DNA of 63,090 nucleotides, the filler included, from Octopus bimaculoides (lineage: Eukaryota), in the NCBI RefSeq assembly GCF_001194135.2. It is 6 parts of 5 records of this genome, joined end to end, with 100 filler letters (N's around TTAATTAATTAA, not from the genome) between each part and the next. Parts side by side here need not be neighbours in the genome. Positions count along the whole stretch, not along the records: positions 52,401 to 58,345 come from NC_068988.1; positions 58,446 to 63,090 come from NC_068988.1; 4 more parts are not named here. The stretch is one strand, 5' to 3'. How positions within the stretch are numbered: the first letter of the stretch is position 1; the number at the start of each line of letters is the position of its first letter. The position numbers and the translations under genes were made by a program. The notes beneath the pieces are model-generated. The model ran no database searches. It saw nothing but the letters and a program-made list of their open reading frames with translations, and was not told the origin of the DNA. Of the stretch, positions 53,629-63,090 are shown one piece after another.

Positions 53629-53942
53629 ATGAAGACAATACAAAGATAATGGCTTCTGATAGTTTCTTGTTGTGAAGACGTGTCTTGGCATGTTTTTTAC
53701 AACCCGCAGATAATCTACGGACTCTGAGCACATGATCTGTTCTATTAGAAAATCCGGACACAGGTACATGAGAAATCACGAGACAATGCAAGAAGGTTCA
53801 TACAAAAGTTTTAACCGATGAGACCATGTGATCAGTGCTTGTAGATTGCTTGGAGACACGAGGCATTTTATAAAAACCTGCGTAGACAAGTGTCTTCACA
53901 GAAAGAAACTGTTAGTAGCTCGTATCTTGTTACTGTATACAT
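53629..53942. mobile_element. Degenerate MITE with ~70-bp imperfect TIRs
   Basis: gcttctgatagtttcttgttgtgaagac versus the reverse complement of gtcttcacagaaagaaactgttagtagc. Confidence 0.6.
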
Positions 53943-54021
53943 TAAATGGTATTTATTGTTCACTGGATCGAGTACATTTATTGCTGATCTTACCTTCACG
54001 GAACAGCAAACTATATATATA

Positions 54022-54065
<44 letters not shown>

Positions 54066-54714
54066 NNNNNNNNNNATACACACACAAACACACACACATA
54101 CATAATACATACATACATACATACATACTTACATACATACATACTCTCATACGCAATCTGTGAGTGGAACAGTAAACATATGCAAGACTTTTCTCAATTT
54201 CCAAACGTGAATTTGTCTGTGTTAACTACATCCTAAACATGGAGCCTTGTATCTTTGTTGGAATTGGGTTCCATCCTCAGTGGGAGATTTATAATAATTA
54301 AAAAATAGATGAGACATACATACATACACACACACATACAGTGTTACCAAGAACTTTAGTGAAACGTTAGCACGCCGGGCGAAATGCTCAGCGGTTTTTC
54401 GTCGTCTTTACGTTCTGAGTTCAAATTCCGCCAAGGTCGACTTTGCCTTTCATCCTTTCGGGTCGATAAATTACGTATCAGTTGCGTCATTGACCAGCCC
54501 ATTCCCAAAACATTTCGGGCCTTGTGCCTAGAGTAGAAAATAATAAATTGGTTACGCTTCTACAATTCACAAAATATTTTAATTTTTTCATACAATTTCT
54601 AATGATATTTAATTATAAGAATATATTTTTTGAAATACCGAATGGTTGTAGGGGTCCAGAAATATAACAGGAAACAAAGGAGTCCATAGATAAAAAATGG
54701 TTGAGAACTATTGA

Positions 54715-55085
54715 TTTATACAGATAAGAAGTTGTAATATAATCGATTAGCTATCACTGTTCTCCAGAAAGAGACTAAAAAAAATGGATCTTCATTGACA
54801 TAGCTGAACCGGCAGCGGAAAGGCATCAAGACCTGGCATAGGGCCTCAAGAGCAAGTGTGATACTCATCGTGACTGATGCACTTGGAACCATCCCAAAGA
54901 ACACGGAGTCCTAGCGCGAGAGGTTGGAGCTACCAGACATCGTTGGAAGTACGCAGCTGGCAGTGGTAGTCGAAACAGCGCATGCGTTGTGAAGTGTGTT
55001 TGCGTCTCTAAGCTGCAGGAAGGAACAGAGACACGACGAAGATGAAGAGAAGAACAACAGAACTGGGGAGAATCGTGATGATGAT
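54715..55085 (+). mobile_element. R4/Dong-type REL 3' fragment, third diverged subfamily
   Basis: TDKKL*YNRLAITV...IFIDIAEP...DALGTIPKN...LELPDIVGSTQL, with stops and frameshifts. Confidence 0.65.
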
Positions 55086-55632
55086 AAACTGTATTGATAC
55101 TCAACATTTCATGCTGGCATTTTTCAGAGGTAAAAACCATGAAGAAATGAATAAGATAAATAATTTAATTATCAAAATAAATAAATGATTTCAATTTTCA
55201 AAACTAATTCAATTTAACAACAGACAAATTAACGAATTAACTAAGTAAATAGATAATTAATTCTTCAATTAAAATCATGAATCACAAAAGTTGTAAGGTA
55301 CTTCGAGTGATTATAATTATGGTCTTTTTAATACAAAGTGTATCAAGCTTTCTTTTGGACAGGCGGCGGGTGGCGGGTGGCGAACGAGCCGAAATAAAAT
55401 ACAGATTACAAGCACTCAGCAGAATTTAATAAGCGTCAGATGAGGTGCTGTTCTTTAAGTCTTCTGCTGTGTAATTTTTAAACATATCTTATGTAATTTA
55501 TTACACATAATCTTTTATATGCGATGTGATACGAAGTGGAGTGATATCGACACAATTGTAACCGATATTAAACATATGCTATATTCACATCTTCATCATA
55601 ATTTTTATCTTGTATATCACTATACGAAAGTA

Positions 55633-55866
55633 CGAGGTGCATTCAAAGAGTATCCGACGTTATTTTTTCCAGTAAAAACTAATATTGCGTGGGTAAAATT
55701 CTTTGAATGGGAGGTGCCTCCCCCTCACTTCCTGCACATGCGTGAACATGTTCGCGTCGGTAAGCCGTACCAGTTCCCGACTTTTGCGCCTAGAGTACAG
55801 ACGTGTAATGCGCGCTCGTCGAATTTTCGTTTTCACACAAGATGACCGAACGCGTCGAGCAGAGAC
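55633..55866 (+). mobile_element. Mariner 5' end fragment
   Basis: ta-cgaggtgcattcaaagagtatccgac TIR, then ATG at 55842 (MTERVEQR), similar to MTEKIEQR of the 32154 element. Confidence 0.7.
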
Positions 55867-57428
55867 CATAAACCGATGTCTCATCCCCAGTGATAATGAT
55901 CTTCATGTAGTCTGCGTTGTAGTTTGCACAGTTCAGCATGTCCTGAACGATGTTGCTTTTGCTGTTCCGCCGACACTCTCGTTAAAATGGAATACATTGA
56001 TCGGGTGCATAACTAGTACTTATTTAAGCGACCCCGAAAGGATGAAAAGCAAAGTCGACCTCGGCGGAATTTGAACACAGAACGTAGCGGCAGACGAAAT
56101 ACCGCTAAGCATTTCGCCCGGCGTGCTAACGTTTCTGGCAGCTCGCTGCCGTTACGTTCTGAACTTAAATTCCGCCGAGGTCGACTTTAGCTTTCATCCT
56201 TTCGGGGTCGATAAATTAAGTACCAGTTGCGCACTGGGGTCGATATAATCGACTTAATCCCTTTGTTTGTCCTTGTTTGTCCCCTCTATGTTTAGTCCCT
56301 TGTGGGCAATAAAGAAATAACAAAATTAGTAGTGCCTGTATTTCAAAGGGCCAGTCTTGTCACATTCTATGTCACGCTGAATTTCCCTGAGAACTGCGTT
56401 AATGGCACGCGTGTTTGTGGAGTACTCAACCACTTGCACATTACTTTCACTATCGGGCTGTTCCGTTGATCGGATAAACTGGAACGCTCGTCATCGTAAC
56501 CGACGGAGTGCCAGGGTATGACTGAACGAAAATAGATTCCAATTCATTCGATGAGTAACAGGTAACTCGATTTCCCGCACCAATGGAGCAGATTATCCAA
56601 ACGTTTAACATGCAGATTGTCAGGAACTCGTTTCGAGCGCTGCCTTACAAATACGCTGGGATTTTAGCTAATCCAAACTTACATTCCATGTTATATATAT
56701 ATATATATATGAGTGGCTGTGTGGTAAGTAGCTTGCTTACCAACCACATGGTTCCGGGTTCAGTCCCACTGCGTGGCACCTTGGGGAAGTGTCTTCTACT
56801 ATAGCCTCGGGCCGACCAAAGCCTTGTGAGTGGATTTGGTAGACGGAAACTGGAAGAAGTCCGTCGTATATATGTATNNNNNNNNNNNNNNNNNNNNNNN
56901 NNNNNNNNNNNNNNNNNNNNNNNNNNNNNNNNNNNNNNNNNNNNNNNNNNNNNNNNNNNNNNNNNNNNNNNNNNNNNNNNNNNNNNNNNNNNNNNNNNNN
57001 NNNNNNNNNNNNNNNNNNNNNNNNNNNNNNNNNNNNNNNNNNNNNNNNNNNNNNNNNNNNNNNNNNNNNNNNNNNNNNNNNNNNNNNNNNNNNNNNNNNN
57101 NNNNNNNNNNNNNNNNNNNNNNNNNNNNNNNNNNNNNNNNNNNNNNNNNNNNNNNNNNNNNNNNNNNNNNNNNNNNNNNNNNNNNNNNNNNNNNNNNNNN
57201 NNNNNNNNNNNNNNNNNNNNNNNNNNNNNNNNNNNNNNNNNNNNNNNNNNNNNNNNNNNNNNNNNNNNNNNNNNNNNNNNNNNNNNNNNNNNNNNNNNNN
57301 NNNNNNNNNNNNNNNNNNNNNNNNNNNNNNNNNNNNNNNNNNNNNNNNNNNNNNNNNNNNNNNNNNNNNNNNNNNNNNNNNNNNNNNNNNNNNNNNNNNN
57401 NNNNNNNNNNNNNNNNNNNTATATATAT

Positions 57429-57461
<33 letters not shown>

Positions 57462-57773
57462 TGTGTGTGCGTGCGTGCATGTGTGTGTATGCCTGCACAC
57501 ATGCATGTAATTGCACGCGTATTTACCAATGTCTTAACGAGCATCAAACTAAACAAACTAGAACAAAATGAGAATTATGTCCCTCCCCCAACTCCATTAA
57601 ATTCAACTTAACGTATCGCTTCGATCCAAAATAACCTTCCGCGCTCAAAGGGGCCGCTCTCGCCAAACAGGTTTGCATTATATCAATTCTCCCTACCTTT
57701 TTCTTCTCTCATCCTCTTTTTCCCTCTCATTCACACTTCCTTTCGTCTCTCTCACTTTATCTTCGTAATGTCG

Positions 57774-57821
<48 letters not shown>

Positions 57822-59399
57822 TGCCTCTTGACCCATCTCTCTTTCTATCAATATCTCTTCTGTCCTTTCTTTTTCTCTCCCTTTTTCTCCCTCTAACACA
57901 CACACACACACACAAACAAACAACACACCACTCTCTCTTTCTTTTTCCCCGATGTCCTCTCTCCTTCATTTTTTCCGCTCTCTTTCTCCCCACCTCACCC
58001 ATATATTCCCTCATCCCTCTTTCTCTCTCCCTCTCACTCTCTCTCCTTGATTATTTTCCCGCTCTCTCACTCTTTTTCTCACTCTATCTCTCTCTCTACC
58101 TCACCCATATCTTCTATCAATCTCCCTCTCTCTCTCTTTCTCCCACCCCTCCCCCTCTCTCCTCATCTCCCGTCAATCCATTCTTCTCCATCTCTTTTTC
58201 TTTCTTTCTCTTTCTCGGACACACGTACACCCCCCACACACACACACATACACACCCCACACCCATTCTCCTCCCTCTTCCCCTTCTCCTCACCCATTAT
58301 CTCTCCTTTTAATCTGTTATTCCTCGCCATTTCACCCCCTCTCACNNNNNNNNNNNNNNNNNNNNNNNNNNNNNNNNNNNNNNNNNNNNTTAATTAATTA
58401 ANNNNNNNNNNNNNNNNNNNNNNNNNNNNNNNNNNNNNNNNNNNNGCTACAGGATGCAGTGGACTCATAGTTGAGCATCTGAATAATATCTTATAGTTTC
58501 ATCAGAGCCTCAAAAATGAATTCTTTCCCAAATAAATTGCACTTCACATTTGAGGATCCAATTAAGCTATAAGATGTTATTCAGGCACTCAACTATGAGT
58601 TTTTTTTTTTGTTTTGTTTTTTTTACTTGCTGTCATTCATCCAAGAACTATACTCAGAAATTGTGATGCATTCTGTTACTTAGGAGCATCAGCTCAGACT
58701 GTTTGACCAAGCTGCAAGATTTTTCTGAGTTGGATCCTGTGTACAAGTTCTCTTCTCTGAGGATCCGGCTGGTGTGATGGCTTCTGTTGGTTGATCACAT
58801 GGTTATGCAGAGATGACGACTGATTGGGACACTGCTCAGAGAATTTCTCAGGATGACTCACGCAAATACTAACAAATGGTGGAAGCAGTGACATACTGCA
58901 ATGGCACATGCCCCATAACTGATCTAACTGGTCTATACATGCAAATTTCATCACTCTACACCATCAATGCTGCTACCCTCCATGTTGAGTCATAAATCTT
59001 CTTTGATATGCCTGCTGCTCACTTTGAAGTTCTGCAGGTTGACACTGATGTGTGTGGAGAAATCTTAAACTAGAAGGGAGTTCTGGTGAAATACATCATA
59101 ATCATTATTATCATCATTTAATGTCCATTGTCCATGCTGGCATGGGTTGGACAGTTTGACCAGAGCTGGCAAGCTGCGGAGCTTCACTAGACTCCAGTCT
59201 GGTTTGGCATGGTTTCCACAGCTGGATGCCCTTCTTAACATAATACACTCAAATTGAATAAAGATTGAGTGGCTTCTTCAGTAGTGTTGATGGTGGTGAT
59301 GGTGATAGTCATTTTCATTTTCGTTGTCATCATTTTGGTTAACTGTAGTATGGATGACAAAAGAAGATGTAAATACATCAAGTTTAGGCAGTACACAAG

Positions 59400-59884
59400 G
59401 GCAGTACACAGCTCACTAGTTCATAAGAGGGTGAGTCTCAAGCTTTTCCACCCAAAACTGGAATCTGATTTTTTCCTGAGATGTAAGGGGCTGCACATGG
59501 CTAAGGAAACTTCTTCTTGATTTTAGTCATTATGCCAGGGGTTGACATTCATGGAAGATGTGGTACTTGTCACTTGTAGCCTTTGCTGTCTCAGTTCAAC
59601 TGTCCTCTTCCTATTTAATATCAGCAAGAGCAATGCCATCTCAGCAAGGAGATGCAAGTTGTTGTGTCGGAGGGGTTTATGCAACCAGTGGTCAGGTGGC
59701 AGATGTTGCTCAATGCTAGGCCAAGTTCCTTGGGATGGATTGGTCTCTCCCAGACAGGACATGCACATTCCACAGAGGAATAACAGTAGACCTTAATGTA
59801 TGTGCAGTGGCTCCCCATTTGGAGCTGACTAGTTTCTGCTGAACGTTGCTTTGGGAACCAGCTTTCGATTTGATGTTTTCAACA

Positions 59885-59933
<49 letters not shown>

Positions 59934-61015
59934 CAGTTTGAGGTTACTCCAAGGTAGACAGGCAAGGTACAGTGCTGCAGGGTAGTTTCCAGACCATTGA
60001 TATTAAGAGGAATGAATGGCTTCATGATTCTTAATATGAAATGAGCAGACTTGAGTCACAGGGTTGGCATATAGGCTGTTGCATTCATATTGTTGTTGTT
60101 GTTGGCACTCCGTCGCTTACGACATCGAGGGTTCCAGTTGATCTGATCAACGGAACAGCCTGCTTGTGAAATTAACGTGTAAGTGGCTGAGCACTCCACA
60201 GATATGTGTACCCATAACGTAGTTCTCAGGGATATTCAGCGTGACACAGTGTGACAAGGCTGACCCTTTGAATTATGAGCACAACAGAAACAGGAAGTAA
60301 GAGTGAGAGAAAGTTGTAGTGAAAGAGTACAGCAGGGTTCGCCACCATCCCCTGCCGGAGCCTTGTGGAGCTTTTAGGTGTTTTCGCTCAATAAACACTC
60401 ACAACGCCCGGTCTGGAATCGAAACCGCGATCCTATGACCGCGAGTTGCTGCCCTAACCACTGGGCCATTGCGCCTCCACGTTGCATTCATAATAAAGAA
60501 GTTATCATCTAGGGTCCACCTGAGGTTTGCTTCTACTACTGTTTCCACAAAGGTGATCAGCATAAATAAACCACTCAGATTCCTGGTTCATTGGCTGGTC
60601 ATTAATATAGATGTTATATAGTACAGAGCCTAGCACACTACCTTGTTGTCACTGGTAACTTTGCTTGTTGTTCAAGACAACAAAAAGGCACATATCTACA
60701 AGGAGGTTCCAATGAAGGTCATAAACACCAGGTCTTTTGTCAACTTCAAGCTCTTTTGTTGAAGGAGGTGGTGATTCACAGTGTCTTGCATGGCAGATAA
60801 ATCAACAAAGGTGGCTCTTGTTATTAGTCCTTTCTGAAACCCATCTCAGTGTGCTGAATGAGATTCAGAAGTTGATTTATGGTGGATCTGCCAGATTAGA
60901 ATCCAGCTTGTTGAACTAGAAGTATTCATGTTGTGATCTCTGTCAAGTAATTCTTGGCATTACTTGTGAATTCTACCAACACAAAATACTTTGAAGATAT
61001 GTTGTATGCATGTAG
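59400..61015 (-). mobile_element. Ingi/Vingi-like (I-group) LINE reverse transcriptase fragment, interrupted by a SINE and (GA)n
   Basis: Across frameshifts: QQAGF*SGRST.QLLNL, ATFVDLSAMQDTVNH, QGSVLGSVLYNIYIND, FIYADHLC, PVYLGVT, SKWGATAHTLRST, CACPVWER, LKSRRSF. Clade assignment is from memory. Confidence 0.8.
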
Positions 61016-63090
61016 ATGTATATGAATGTATGTCTGGGATGTGTGTCTGGAATCAATTTGCTCTCTCTCGAAGCTCTCTGTTAACTAGAAAAGGTGTGCC
61101 AAATTTATGATGATCGGTAGGCTCAGAAGGAAGTGTGCCAAAAAATGTGTAACAGAAGTATATTTATCATTCAGTTGTCTAGCTTTAAATACCCAGAAAT
61201 TGGCTCATGTGTGTGTTTTCTACAAGTGGTCACATGATGGTGTATACACCAATCAAGTCTTTCTGGCTTTACATGGGCTACCATCCAATCACATGACAGA
61301 CCAGCCTAGCATGGGAAAATTGTTTGTTCACTGCAGTCCCTAATCAGCTTTAAAAAGAAGAATCTTTCCAACTGTTCTTCAACAAGACGGGAAGTACAAT
61401 TGAGTTCTTATTTTGGTAGAGAGAAGAGAGTTATTTGGCAGATAGCCTTGACATGCTGTTGTGTTCCGTTTAGTCAAGCACACATCACCAAGTTCCAACT
61501 GTATGGGAAACGATATGTATATTTTCTTCAGACAGTATCATTCAATATGTACTAAAGTTTTCAGTACCAATTTATTTCGTGTGGCAGTCAATTGCAACTC
61601 GTTTTCTTGTATTTCTTTCTGCTGTTATACCTGACTTGTTGGAACCAAGAAATAATTTTACCAGAGCCAGAGCTACGCCAACTCAACCTACTAAAAGTGC
61701 AATATTGTGATTGGTCAGACTTTATTGATCATGTGGTTAGTATTCTAGCGAATTGCGACATCGGGTGTAGTGATGTGACTGCTGAACATTGTCATTACAG
61801 CTCTCTGGTTCCAGATATTTTACCTAATCCCAATTGACACTACGTTATATTAGTTATATTCTCTATTTGCTGATGCTATATCTTCGAGCTAATTTTTCTA
61901 AATTAGCCTTATTAATGGGATCTACTTTCAAAGAGTTTGCGTGTGTATATGTGTGAGATTTAAAAAAAATAACTTGTGTTTTCTTTATTACTCAGCGTTT
62001 GAGCGTCGAACAAGTAATGCTTTGCAGTACTTGTTCTAGGTCTCGTTTATGCTCTGAGTTTGAATTTCGCCCAGGTTTGTTTTGCGTTTCATCCATCTGA
62101 GGGGGGTAAAATGAAATACTTGTTAAATATTGAGACCGAACTTAATGTATGGTCTCGTGTTTTACGTTGATAATTATCGGATATGCACTAGGATATTTTG
62201 GAATAAACAGATTCTGTGTGTCATTGTTATGCGTTCAAATATCGCTCTCTCATCCTCAAAATCGTTTTGTAATTTTAATGCCAGTAATAATCTACGAACA
62301 AATAAATCGGTTCCATTTTTTTTAATACAAATTATTTCGTTTTCCTTGCAAAACATCTTTGACAAAAACTTGTTCGAGTTATTTCCCTTCGTACGTACAG
62401 TTACTTCCCTTTTCATAACTTTGTGCGCTGGTGAATTGACGGAATCGCCAGCGCATCGAATGAAATGATTTGCAGCGTTTCCTCCGGTTTCTTACGTTCT
62501 GAGTTCGAATCCCGACGAAATTAGCTTTACCTTCCATCCTTTCAAAGCCAAGAAAATAAACCATTAGTCAAGTACTAGGGTGATGTAAGCTATTAACGCC
62601 ATCCTTTTGAAACTTCCGGCCTTGCGTCAAAATTTGAAAGTTGCTTCACCAAAAGCCCTATGGTGGATGCGCGTGGCTTTGTGGTTAGGGTGTCAGCATC
62701 ATGATCGTAAGATTGCGGTTTCGATTCTTGGACCGGGTGACGCGTTGTGTTCTTCAGCAAAACACTTCATTTGACGTTGCTCCAGTCCACTCAGCTGGCA
62801 AAAATGAGTAACGCTGCGATGGACTGGCGTCTCGTCCAGCTGAGGAACACATACGCCATTGAAACCGGGAAACCGGGCCCATGAGTCTAACCAGGCTTTA
62901 AAAGGGGCGCATAAATAAAATAAATAAAAAAAGCCCTATGATCAGAAACGATCTAGTAAGGACATCAATCTTCTTTTTTTTTTTTTTCCAGCCATAATAT
63001 ATCTATCACTATATTATTTAATTTGTTCGCTGAGGAATGCTGGGTTGCCATTTAATGTAGATCAAACGACTACATTGAGGCTTCCATGTT

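Noticed and set aside
58690-59050. 86-aa minus-strand ORF, possibly a LINE fragment
   Set aside because: No convincing motif in any frame; probably an unclassified repeat.

Overview
Eukaryotic, AT-rich, microsatellite- and SINE-saturated DNA; the repeat landscape points to an octopus (coleoid cephalopod) draft genome (inference from remembered repeat families, not a database match). The window is not one locus. Five 100-bp linkers (N44-TTAATTAATTAA-N44) at 19066, 28150, 42011, 52301 and 58346 join six separate scaffolds: 1-19065, 19166-28149, 28250-42010, 42111-52300, 52401-58345 and 58446-63090. The only supportable cellular gene is a partial minus-strand CDC40/PRP17 (WD40 second-step splicing factor): 8 internal GT-AG exons with consistent phases in scaffold 1, with the 5' and 3' exons not found in the window. 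The rest is mobile DNA: at least four tRNA-derived SINE families or modules, R4/Dong-type REL LINEs at (TAA)n, and RTE, L1/Tx1 and Ingi/Vingi-like LINE fragments, plus mariner remnants and MITEs. The best second-look items are: a fossil ~100-bp-unit tandem tRNA-His array in a CDC40 intron; a nested RNA-like hairpin conserved in two copies of a local duplication; a circularly permuted tandem L1/Tx1 unit; a fold-back mariner; and a head-to-head SINE palindrome. I cannot support a clearly new biological system. No CRISPR, rRNA or intact tRNA was seen. Most ORF-track entries are microsatellite or N-gap artefacts.
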